Of a stretch of DNA of 64,000 nucleotides, positions 1 through 9,002 are shown piece by piece (the stretch's first letter is position 1; each line of letters begins with the position of its first letter). The notes beneath the pieces are model-generated. The model searched no databases. It worked only from the letters and a program-made list of their open reading frames with translations, and had not been told where the DNA came from. The DNA is from Candidatus Kapaibacterium sp. (lineage in GTDB: Bacteria > Bacteroidota > Ignavibacteria > Kapaibacteriales > UBA2268), in assembly GCA_963664875.1 (NCBI GenBank), contig OY761611.1, forward strand, positions 1,856,001 to 1,920,000, given 5' to 3'. A program made the position numbers and the translations under genes.

Positions 1-513
1 AACATAATTGACAGGTTAAATGTAAAATCCCCAATTCTCATAGGGCATAGTGACGGTGCAACTATTGCATTGCTTTTCGCTGCCAAATATCCTGAAAAAG
101 CTAAAGCTATTGTAGCAATAGCAGCTCACATTTACTCTGAAGAAAAAACCGAACAAGGCATTGCAGAAACTTATATTCGATACTCAAAAGGAAATCTAAA
201 AGAAAAGCTTGAGCGACAACATGGCTTGAATACAGACCCTGTTTTTTACAAATGGCATAATTTCTGGTCACGAGCTCGAAAAGAAAACTGGAATATAAAA
301 AGCACACTTGCAAACATAAATATACCTGTACTCGCTATACAAGGCGAAAAAGACGAATATGCAACAGAACAGCACCTATTCGACATCAGAGACAATTTGC
401 CATGTTGCCAAGCAAATATTATCTCCGCCGCAGGGCATTTCCCCCATATCAGCCATAAAAACCAGGTATCCTCACTAATCAGGGATTTCCTGAACTCACA
501 TTTTGGTATTTAA
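1..513 (+). CDS. Alpha/beta hydrolase, 5'-truncated by window edge
   Basis: Frame is open from base 1 and reads LIGHSDGATIA (GxSxG nucleophile elbow); also QGEKD and AGHFPH catalytic Asp/His motifs. Confidence 0.85.
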   Translation, partial: NIIDRLNVKSPILIGHSDGATIALLFAAKYPEKAKAIVAIAAHIYSEEKTEQGIAETYIRYSKGNLKEKLERQHGLNTDPVFYKWHNFWSRARKENWNIKSTLANINIPVLAIQGEKDEYATEQHLFDIRDNLPCCQANIISAAGHFPHISHKNQVSSLIRDFLNSHFGI

Positions 514-548
514 AAAAAACTGTCTCCCTTCGCAAAAAAGAGAGACAG
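512..548 (-). terminator. Rho-independent terminator after dnaK
   Basis: CTGTCTC...GAGACAG stem followed by a T8 tract on the minus strand. Confidence 0.7.
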
Positions 549-581
549 CCTTTAGAGTGAGTGTAGTAAAGAGAATTTTTA

Positions 582-2489
582 TTATTTATCATCAACTACA
601 GTGTAATCAGCTTCTTCTACTCCGCCATCATCTTTTTTAGAATCATTCGGTTGTTGTGCACCACCTTGTGCTTGACCTTGGTCAGCACCCGGTTGTTGGT
701 AGATATGCTGAGATGCAGCACTCCAAGCTGAATTGAGCTCATCGATCGCTGCCTGCATATTAGGGCTGTTTTCTTTGATTGCAACCTCTAATTTTGCTTT
801 TGCATCTTCAATTTTTTGTTTCGCATCCGCCGGCAGCTTATCTCCCAATTCTTTAAGCTGTTTGTCAGTCGAATAAACAAGAGCGTCAGCCTGATTTCTA
901 CGGTCGATTTCTTCCTTGTGTTTTTTATCTTCTTCAGCGTGTTTAGCTGCTTCAGATTTCATTTTTTCTACTTCATCTTTAGCAAGACCGGAAGAAGATT
1001 CGATGCGAATATTCTGCTCTTTGTTTGTTGCTTTATCTTTAGCCGCAACAGACAAAATACCGTTTGCATCTATATCAAAAGTAACTTCTACCTGAGGAAC
1101 GCCTCTTGGTGCAGGTGGAATGCCATCGAGATGGAATCTGCCGAGAGATCTGTTGTCTCGTGCCATTGGTCTTTCACCTTGAAGTACATGGATTTCCACT
1201 GTGCTTTGGTTATCCTGCGCTGTAGAAAATATTTCTGATTTCCTTGTAGGGATAGTTGTGTTTGCCGGTATCATTGGAGTCATTACGCCACCCAATGTTT
1301 CGATACCTAAAGTCAGAGGAGTAACGTCCAAAAGCAATACATCATCAACATCGCCTGACAAAACACCACCCTGTACTGCAGCACCAATTGCTACTACTTC
1401 ATCAGGGTTTACTCCTTTTGATGGTTCTTTGCCAAAAAAGTTCTTTACTAATTCCTGAATCTTAGGGATACGTGTAGAACCACCTACCAGGATTACTTCA
1501 TCAATTTGGCTCGGAGTAAGCTTTGCTTCTTTCAATGCTATTTCGCAAGGTTCCAAAGTTTTTTCGAACAAATCACCGCAAAGATTTTCAAAAGTAGCTC
1601 TCGAAATTGTCATGTTAAAGTGCTTAGGACCGTCTGCAGTTGCAGTTATAAACGGCAAATTGACATCAGTCTGCATCATCTGCGAAAGTTCAACTTTTGC
1701 TTTTTCTGCAGCTTCTCTTAATCTCTGCAATGCCATAGCATCTTTGCGTAAATCAATACCTTCTTGCTTTTTAAATTCATCTGCCAAAAAGTCAATCAAT
1801 TTGTGATCGAAGTTATCACCTCCAAGGTGCGTATCGCCACTTGTAGATTTCACTTCAAATACACCATCGCCAATTTCAAGGATAGAAATATCAAAAGTAC
1901 CACCACCAAGGTCATAGACAGCTACTTTCATATTTTTGCCTTTTTTGTCAAGACCATAAGAAAGTGCAGCTGCAGTTGGCTCGTTGATAATACGACGAAC
2001 TGTCAGCCCAGCGATCTCACCTGCATCTTTAGTAGCTTGTCTTTGAGCATCGTTAAAGTAAGCAGGTACAGTGATAACAGCTTCGGTTACCTTTTGACCC
2101 AAAAAGTCTTCAGCAGTTTGTTTCATTTTTTGAAGAACCATAGCTGAGATTTCCGGTGGAGAGTATAGTTTTCCATCAATATCTACTCTTACAGTATCAT
2201 TGTCGCTCGAAGTAGTAACTTTGTAAGGTACCATTCTCGATTCTTCGTTTACTTCACTAATTCTGCGACCCATGAAACGCTTGATAGAATAAATAGTATT
2301 ATTAGGGTTTGTAATAGCCTGACGTTTTGCAGCCTGCCCTACTAATCTTTCACCATTTTTGGCGAAACCAACCATAGACGGGGTTGTTCTTTGTCCTTCT
2401 GCGTTTGCTATCACCGTAGGTGTGCTACCTTCCATCACTGCAACGCAGGAGTTGGTAGTTCCTAAGTCAATACCAATAATTTTTCCCAT
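582..2489 (-). CDS. dnaK: Chaperone DnaK (Hsp70)
   Basis: [17 protein letters not shown] and [11 protein letters not shown] signatures; AGGAG SD upstream. Confidence 0.99.
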   Translation of the reverse strand: MGKIIGIDLGTTNSCVAVMEGSTPTVIANAEGQRTTPSMVGFAKNGERLVGQAAKRQAITNPNNTIYSIKRFMGRRISEVNEESRMVPYKVTTSSDNDTVRVDIDGKLYSPPEISAMVLQKMKQTAEDFLGQKVTEAVITVPAYFNDAQRQATKDAGEIAGLTVRRIINEPTAAALSYGLDKKGKNMKVAVYDLGGGTFDISILEIGDGVFEVKSTSGDTHLGGDNFDHKLIDFLADEFKKQEGIDLRKDAMALQRLREAAEKAKVELSQMMQTDVNLPFITATADGPKHFNMTISRATFENLCGDLFEKTLEPCEIALKEAKLTPSQIDEVILVGGSTRIPKIQELVKNFFGKEPSKGVNPDEVVAIGAAVQGGVLSGDVDDVLLLDVTPLTLGIETLGGVMTPMIPANTTIPTRKSEIFSTAQDNQSTVEIHVLQGERPMARDNRSLGRFHLDGIPPAPRGVPQVEVTFDIDANGILSVAAKDKATNKEQNIRIESSSGLAKDEVEKMKSEAAKHAEEDKKHKEEIDRRNQADALVYSTDKQLKELGDKLPADAKQKIEDAKAKLEVAIKENSPNMQAAIDELNSAWSAASQHIYQQPGADQGQAQGGAQQPNDSKKDDGGVEEADYTVVDDK

Positions 2490-2630
2490 TTCGTAAACTC
2501 CTAAATATAATATGTCATTTTGTCAAACAATTTATTTGTTACTTTGCATTTCTGTCAGTCTTTCTCAGACTGTGACATTATGGCTTATTTAATGTCAAAA
2601 TTGCATTGTTTGTTATGTATATATAACATT

Positions 2631-2647
2631 TACCAATACCGTGCCAA
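2631..2647 (-). promoter_or_regulatory. Putative sigma54-like (-24/-12) promoter of dnaK
   Basis: Minus strand TTGGCACGGTATTGGTA versus consensus TGGCAC-N5-TTGC; the -12 element is imperfect. Confidence 0.45.
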
Positions 2648-2856
2648 ATTGCAAACGCTAAGTATTATGACATTTTATTACCAAAAACAATTAGAAGCAC
2701 TTCAACTTTCAAATAAGCAAAAATTCTTGCAACTATAGCATTTCTATTACGTTTAAAATTGGTATTGAAATATAATATTTCTTATGTATATTGTTTTTTA
2801 TAAACTTACATTGCAAATACACCATGTACGGCATTATTACTTTAGAAACCTGCGAT

Positions 2857-3729
2857 ATGAAAACTCAAATCAAATCAACTCTGAGCTACCCTGACAGCGA
2901 AGAAGGATTTAACCGCTACCGCTTGGATTCGCTCGACAACTTGTGGGATAAATATCAGGAAAAACTCGCAAAATGCAGAAAAGAGTTTTCGGAAGACAGT
3001 GTGCATAAATTTAGAATCAGTGCGAGAAAGTTTCTTGCCATGATAGACATGGTTGATAATCTATACGAATCTAAATATATCGATGAGCTTAGAAAGTTGC
3101 TCAAAAAGCAGCTTAAAATATTTGCAAACCTGAGAGACACTCAGGTAATGATAAATGCCATTAATGAAATACGTAAAGAGTTTTCGGTATTCGATTTCTT
3201 TTATTATGAGCTACTTGCCCATGAGCAAACATATATCAAAAAGATTGAGAAAAAAATAAAAAGAGTCAGCAAAAAAGAAGTTGAAGCTCTTATTTTCTTT
3301 CTTCGTATGGATCTTGACGATACCTTTAAAAAGGACGATGCTACATTCAATGACGCATTGGCTGTCATAGACTCTGTTTTTGCGGATATGTCGGCAAAGC
3401 TTAAGCTTGTTGATCCTGAAAGACCTCAAACAATACATGATATTAGGTTGATGTTCAAAAAATTCAGATATATGATTGAAGCCTTTGCCATTTCTCTTGA
3501 CATTCCTGAACCATATCTGAAAAGTTTATCTGACTACCAGACTTTGATGGGCGAAGTGCAGGATGCTGAAGTTTTGATTTTGCGTTTCAAAGAATATATA
3601 CTTACTCAAGACAATCCAAATGATATAATTTGGTCGAATGCGATCAAAGTTTTGGAAGAAAGATTGGCTGAAAAAATTCGTAAGTTTGTGAATAACAAAG
3701 AGAGGTTGTTTACATTCTGGACTATATAA
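2857..3729 (+). CDS. CHAD-domain protein (polyphosphate-binding family)
   Basis: VHKFRISARK, LRDTQV, IHDIRLMFKKFRY and QTLMGEVQDAEV motifs; ATG at 2857 preferred over the ORF-track start at 2791. Confidence 0.85.
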   Translation: MKTQIKSTLSYPDSEEGFNRYRLDSLDNLWDKYQEKLAKCRKEFSEDSVHKFRISARKFLAMIDMVDNLYESKYIDELRKLLKKQLKIFANLRDTQVMINAINEIRKEFSVFDFFYYELLAHEQTYIKKIEKKIKRVSKKEVEALIFFLRMDLDDTFKKDDATFNDALAVIDSVFADMSAKLKLVDPERPQTIHDIRLMFKKFRYMIEAFAISLDIPEPYLKSLSDYQTLMGEVQDAEVLILRFKEYILTQDNPNDIIWSNAIKVLEERLAEKIRKFVNNKERLFTFWTI

Positions 3730-3730
3730 T

Positions 3731-5512
3731 TTGCTACCAATTTTTGATATAGAGCAGACAGACCGTATTAAGAAATGGCTTGACCGTTTCCTAATCATGC
3801 TAAGTATCTTAGCTATAGTTTCTTTGCTTATGATACTGGGTTACAATTTACCCGATTATCTATTCAACGTTCTTGTTTTCTCGACAGATGCTATCGTTAT
3901 TCTGTTCGCAGCTCAAGAGGTGTTTCGTTGGTTTCTGGTAAAAGATCACAAAAGGTACCTACGAGAAAGATATTTAGAGAATTTCTTTACTTTCCTGATT
4001 ATCACAGGAGTGATTTTTCCACAAGAAATTTACTTCTTTTTCGAGTTTCTTTTCCCGGAATTCAATCCGAAAAAGATTACAATCCTTTACCTTGCAACAT
4101 TTGAGCTTAGTGTACTCATCATCTCTTTTATAAAAGTGCTGCGGCACAATCATTTAATTTCAAAAATCAAGCTACACCCCGGGTCGCTTTTCGCTTTAAG
4201 CTTTTTCTTCCTTATAGCGATAGGAACTCTTTTACTTTCATTGCCTAAAGCAACTGTACCCGGTCAGGAATTAAGTTTTACCGATGCACTTTTTACTTCT
4301 ACCAGTGCAGTTTGTGTTACAGGACTTTCCACTATAATTGTACCCGAAACTCTTTCTACATTTGGCAAAGGAGTTCTGTTTTTGCTGATTCAAGTCGGCG
4401 GTCTGGGAGTTATGACGCTTACAACATTTTTTGCAGCTCTATTTGCCGGAGGATTATCATTTAGATTTAGGGTACTTATGCGCGATATGCTAAGCCAAGA
4501 CAATATAAGTCAGGTTTGGACAATTCTTTCAAAAATTATATTATTCACTGCTATTTTTGAAATTGGTGGTTCGATATTCCTATACTTATCACTTGGAGGC
4601 AGCTTCTTTGCATTTGACCGTACATTGTTTTATGATTGCTTTTTCCACAGTGTTTCTGCCTTTTGCAATGCAGGTTTTTCTCTCTATAGCGAAGGATTCA
4701 TGCAAGCAGACGTATCGAACAACTACACTTACCTTTCTACAATTATGGTACTTATTGTTGCAGGCGGGCTCGGATTTGGTCTTTTTGCAAATCTCATAGC
4801 AAAACGCCCGTGGCAATCAAAAATAAAACGAAATACATTGCGACTTACAATGCAATCCAAACTGGTGCTTTATACCACCATAGTGCTTATTATTGCAGGC
4901 ACTATACTGATTTATTTCTCTGACACAAATCATACCTTAGCAGGTCTAAATGAGTTCGAAAAGTTGTTCCACTCCCTGTTTTGGTCAGTAACTTCAAGGA
5001 CTGCAGGATTCAATGCAACCGACACTGCAGGATTAGCACCTGCTACCATGATGTTGATGATAATTCTGATGTGGATAGGTGCGTCTCCAGGTTCTACAGG
5101 CGGTGGTATCAAAACGACTACTATAGGCATTACATTTTTGGCATTGATCAATCAAATACGTGGCAATGAAAAAATAAGGCTGTTCAATAGGGAGCTTGCT
5201 CCGGAAAGTGTGAAGCGTGCATTTCTTGTTGTAATTTCTTCACTTTTAGCACTTGGCATTGGTTCAACTGCGCTAGTCTGGGTAGAACCCGGGAAAGATG
5301 CCATGGATCTGATTTTTGAAACTACTTCGGCTCTTGGCACTGTCGGACTCAGCAGAGGCATAACTGCCGATTTGTCAGTTGCCGGAAAATATATTATTAT
5401 CTTCCTTATGTTTATAGGAAGAATCGGCGTGCTTGCTTTCTTATTATCTTTCCATAACCCGGGCATGCCACCTAAATACAATTTACCTACAGAAAACATA
5501 ATAGTGGGATAA
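3731..5512 (+). CDS. ktrB: KtrB/TrkH potassium uptake membrane subunit
   Basis: SAVCVTGL, SAFCNAGF, RTAGF, GASPGSTGGGIK and SALGTVGLS pore motifs. Confidence 0.92.
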   Translation: MLPIFDIEQTDRIKKWLDRFLIMLSILAIVSLLMILGYNLPDYLFNVLVFSTDAIVILFAAQEVFRWFLVKDHKRYLRERYLENFFTFLIITGVIFPQEIYFFFEFLFPEFNPKKITILYLATFELSVLIISFIKVLRHNHLISKIKLHPGSLFALSFFFLIAIGTLLLSLPKATVPGQELSFTDALFTSTSAVCVTGLSTIIVPETLSTFGKGVLFLLIQVGGLGVMTLTTFFAALFAGGLSFRFRVLMRDMLSQDNISQVWTILSKIILFTAIFEIGGSIFLYLSLGGSFFAFDRTLFYDCFFHSVSAFCNAGFSLYSEGFMQADVSNNYTYLSTIMVLIVAGGLGFGLFANLIAKRPWQSKIKRNTLRLTMQSKLVLYTTIVLIIAGTILIYFSDTNHTLAGLNEFEKLFHSLFWSVTSRTAGFNATDTAGLAPATMMLMIILMWIGASPGSTGGGIKTTTIGITFLALINQIRGNEKIRLFNRELAPESVKRAFLVVISSLLALGIGSTALVWVEPGKDAMDLIFETTSALGTVGLSRGITADLSVAGKYIIIFLMFIGRIGVLAFLLSFHNPGMPPKYNLPTENIIVG

Positions 5513-5515
5513 ACT

Positions 5516-6202
5516 ATGTCAGTTAAAAAGTTCTGTATAATTGGTCTCGGATATTTTGGAGCTAACCTTGCATTAGACTTGACAGAAGAGGGTGCAGAGG
5601 TTGTTGCTGTCGATATTGATGTAGATAAAGTTGCTCCTTTGAAAGACAAAGTAACCATGGCAGTCCAAGCAGATGCAACTGACCCAAGAGCTCTTCAGGG
5701 GCTTGGGATTAGTGAAGTTGATGCTGTAATCGTAGCCATCGGCGAAGGATTTGAAAGCTCAATCACCACTACAGCAGCTTTACAGGAAATAGGTGTTAAG
5801 AAAATTATTAACCGCATCATCTCACCGGTACACGAAAGGCTACTGAAACTTATGGGTATTAAAGACCTAATAGTTCCGGAAGCTTATGCTGCCAACAAAA
5901 TGGCTGAAAGACTTATGATTCCCGGACTAATCGAATCCTTCGAAATCACTAAAGAATATGGTATTTTCGAAGTCGCTGTGCCTGAATATCTTATTGGAAA
6001 ATCTCTAACTGAAGTAGAATTACGCCAAAAATTTGATCTCAATCTTGTAACGGTCAAACGCAAAGCTATCGCTAAAGGCATTTTTACTTCCAAAGAAGAG
6101 TATATTGTAACCGGCGTACCGGAGCCAACTCTGATTTTCCAAAAACACGATATCTTAGTTCTCTTTGGTAAAGAAAAGAATTTTATTAAGCTCTTGGATT
6201 AG
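5516..6202 (+). CDS. ktrA: KtrA/TrkA potassium uptake regulatory subunit
   Basis: IIGLGYFG Rossmann/RCK motif and C-terminal TrkA_C region; 3 bp after ktrB. Confidence 0.92.
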   Translation: MSVKKFCIIGLGYFGANLALDLTEEGAEVVAVDIDVDKVAPLKDKVTMAVQADATDPRALQGLGISEVDAVIVAIGEGFESSITTTAALQEIGVKKIINRIISPVHERLLKLMGIKDLIVPEAYAANKMAERLMIPGLIESFEITKEYGIFEVAVPEYLIGKSLTEVELRQKFDLNLVTVKRKAIAKGIFTSKEEYIVTGVPEPTLIFQKHDILVLFGKEKNFIKLLD

Positions 6203-6222
6203 TAAACTCAAACCCATGTAAT

Positions 6223-6250
6223 AAAAAAGCCGGAATTTGAGTTCCGGCTT
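6223..6250. terminator. Terminator between convergent ktrA and PSP1 genes
   Basis: AAGCCGGAA-tttgag-TTCCGGCTT hairpin with an A-tract (T-tract on the minus strand). Confidence 0.7.
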
Positions 6251-6254
6251 CAAT

Positions 6255-7649
6255 TTATGAGTTAGCTTTTTTTTCTGATTCGGCTATGGGTGCATTATTG
6301 TCCCTTTGGCGTTCTCTATTATTTCCGCCCTGCCTACCGTTCGATTTTTGGTATTTCCCGTTGCCGCCGTTTCTGTTATTATTGAAACGTCTTTGCTGAT
6401 TATTCCCGTTTCCGTTGAAATGCTTTTTGTCATGCCTTTGCTTATTGTCGCCAGACAACAGATGATCAGTAAGTTCGCTGTTGCTCTGGCTGTGATTAGA
6501 ATCCTGCATCCTATTCATGATTCTTTCAACCTGTTGCTGCATAGCCGGTCTGCGTTTTTGCTGTTCGCCACCCTCAGGAGCATCTTCAAGTGCTTTGAGT
6601 TCAGCCAAAGCTCGCATTTCTTCTTCGTCGTACTCATAATTTCTAAATACTTTGCCCTTTTCCATGATGGCAAGTACTTCTGCTTTTTCCAAGGTCATAT
6701 ACTTCTTATGAGTCTCATTATAGACATGAGCCAAATCTTTGAAAACATCTACTTTTAGCAACTTCGCTTCCGAACCATCTTCGAGTATTAGTTTTGAACG
6801 CAATTCCGGATATTCTTCGAAGGCTGCTTCATAAGTGTCGTATTCGTAAAGCAGGCAACATTTCAATCTTCCGCAATAGCCACTTAGCTTTGCTACGTTA
6901 TTAGAAAGTTGCTGTTTGCGTGCGTGGTCTAATGTAACATGATTGAACTGTGGCAAAAACGAATTGCAACACAATTCTAATCCACAAGCACCGAAACCAC
7001 AGCCGATTCGCTTAGTTTCTTCTCTCGACGATATTTGACGCAATTCGATGCGTGTTCTAAAAGTGCGCGCCAAATCCTTTACAAGCTCACGAAAGTCGAT
7101 ACGCTGAGCAGCAGTAAAAAAGATAGTCAGTCTCTGCCTGTCAAACTGCCATTCCGCTTCGGTTATTTTCATGTCAAGATTGTATGACTCTACCATTTCT
7201 TTAGTTTTTTCGAGAGTCAGCTGCTCTTCTAATGAGATATTTTGCCTAATCTCATAGTCCTCAGCAGTAGCGTGTCTGATAACGATATAGTTTTCTTTTG
7301 CTTCGTCTTTGTAAATATTTTTTAGTTTGTTGGAAGCTACCTGTCCATTACAACATACAGATCCCATTTCGGTGCCGTTATCAGTTGATACAATAACGTC
7401 GTCGTAAAGTTCTATGTGTAACTTACTGGGATTCCTGAAAATATGCTTCCTATTGCCCTTGAATAAAACTTCTACAAACTCTGATTCGCCGGCAATATTA
7501 TAAGCCGGATGCACAGCACTGTTTTCTTCTATTCCAAGTCTCAGCGGAGCTTTTAGGATACGAAATTTTAAAGAATCTTTGTTAAATGGCTTTAGCTTCT
7601 CTCCTGTATTAGTGTTATCGTTATATGTGTCAGATCTATAGTCATTCAT
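6255..7649 (-). CDS. ricT: PSP1-domain protein (RicT/YaaT family)
   Basis: RIDFRELVKDLA, RIELRQI, CGLELCC and CGRLKCCL motifs; directly downstream of holB. Confidence 0.88.
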   Translation of the reverse strand: MNDYRSDTYNDNTNTGEKLKPFNKDSLKFRILKAPLRLGIEENSAVHPAYNIAGESEFVEVLFKGNRKHIFRNPSKLHIELYDDVIVSTDNGTEMGSVCCNGQVASNKLKNIYKDEAKENYIVIRHATAEDYEIRQNISLEEQLTLEKTKEMVESYNLDMKITEAEWQFDRQRLTIFFTAAQRIDFRELVKDLARTFRTRIELRQISSREETKRIGCGFGACGLELCCNSFLPQFNHVTLDHARKQQLSNNVAKLSGYCGRLKCCLLYEYDTYEAAFEEYPELRSKLILEDGSEAKLLKVDVFKDLAHVYNETHKKYMTLEKAEVLAIMEKGKVFRNYEYDEEEMRALAELKALEDAPEGGEQQKRRPAMQQQVERIMNRMQDSNHSQSNSELTDHLLSGDNKQRHDKKHFNGNGNNQQRRFNNNRNGGNGKYQKSNGRQGGNNRERQRDNNAPIAESEKKANS

Positions 7650-7747
7650 AGTAATTCCTTAGAGTAAAAAATCAAATCTATAATAGTCGATTTTATAGAA
7701 TATGTAGCAATAGGCTTACCTTTAGCCTATTTATGCAATTTAAAAAA

Positions 7748-8899
7748 TTATATCGTTTTATCAAGGAAAATATCTCTCAATTCTAAAAATAAAGTAACCA
7801 AAGCTAATTGTGGATTTATGTTTTGCCTAATTCTTTTTATAGCCTCTTCTATCTTTAGTATTGCAAGTGAAAAATCGCTGCCGTTATAATGAGCTGCAAA
7901 TTTCTGTATTACTTCCTTTTGGTCTATATTTATTACTTTAGGTTCGTTAGTAAGCGACGCCAGAGCCACGTCTCGCATCCAGACAAGTAATATATTCAAA
8001 GCTCTGTCTAATTTATTTTTATCCCGAGCTGCTGTCAGCTCATCTATTTTGTCTAATAGTTCTACTCTGAAGATATTTTTTTTCATAGCACTACGCAGCA
8101 AATCTATGATTCCAAAACGCATTTCTTTCATATCTTCATCTAACATATCTTTTGCAAGGCTCAGCGATCCCTGACCGAAAACAGCAGCTATGCGTGCATT
8201 TATCTCATCAAACTCATAGAATTTTTGTAGGCCTTCTACCACTTCATCGTCAGACAGGCGGCTGCATTTAATCTGCTGACACCTTGATTTGATAGTTTGA
8301 AGTATTTGGTCATGCCGAGAAGTGATTAGAAAAATGGTAACATTGCTGTGAGGTTCTTCTAGGTTTTTCAGAAACGCATTCGCAGATTCGACGCTCATCT
8401 CGTCTGATGCTAATATAATCAATATGCGTCTGCCTTTGCCGATACCTGAAAGAGCAAGATTTCTGTTAGCTTGTCTAATAGATGCAATCTTGATTTGGTT
8501 GGCATTTGTTATAGATAATTTATGGTATTTGTCTTTTGCTTTTAGTGCCAATTGCTCTTTGATTTCTTCGATTTGTTCGTCTGATAAAGTAGATAGCGGA
8601 TCTTCATCTTTCTTGGAAGAAGCTTTGCCAGCCGGCATAGAGTGAACAAACTGGAGATTATTATGACTTAGGGCATCCATTTGCCTGCAGCTTTTACATG
8701 AATCGCAGGCGTTGATAGTATCGGATTCTATTACAGGGCTTTCACAATTTACGGTTTTTGCAAATTCTATCGCAAGAGCATCTTTGCCAATTCCTTCGGG
8801 GCCCCAAAGTAGGTAAGCATGTGCCACACGCCCCTCAAGGATAGCTCTCTGCAATATTTTTTTTTCTCGTTCGTGCCCTAATATCTGATACCAAGCCAT
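7748..8899 (-). CDS. holB: DNA polymerase III delta-prime subunit
   Basis: HAYLLWGPEGIGK, Zn cysteines CDSCKSC, ANAFLKNLEEP, TIKSRCQ. Confidence 0.93.
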   Translation of the reverse strand: MAWYQILGHEREKKILQRAILEGRVAHAYLLWGPEGIGKDALAIEFAKTVNCESPVIESDTINACDSCKSCRQMDALSHNNLQFVHSMPAGKASSKKDEDPLSTLSDEQIEEIKEQLALKAKDKYHKLSITNANQIKIASIRQANRNLALSGIGKGRRILIILASDEMSVESANAFLKNLEEPHSNVTIFLITSRHDQILQTIKSRCQQIKCSRLSDDEVVEGLQKFYEFDEINARIAAVFGQGSLSLAKDMLDEDMKEMRFGIIDLLRSAMKKNIFRVELLDKIDELTAARDKNKLDRALNILLVWMRDVALASLTNEPKVINIDQKEVIQKFAAHYNGSDFSLAILKIEEAIKRIRQNINPQLALVTLFLELRDIFLDKTI

Positions 8900-9002
8900 A
8901 ATAAAATTTTAATAGTTTATAAAAGGCTAAATTTTCCAATTTCAGTCTAACAAATTAGCAAATAAATATGTTTAACTCAAATAAATTGTAAGAGATATTG
9001 AT

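Noticed and set aside
2520-2738. 72-aa ORF in the dnaK upstream region (likewise 17259-17504 and 24558-24761)
   Set aside because: They overlap regulatory or terminator sequence and lack an SD or protein-like features
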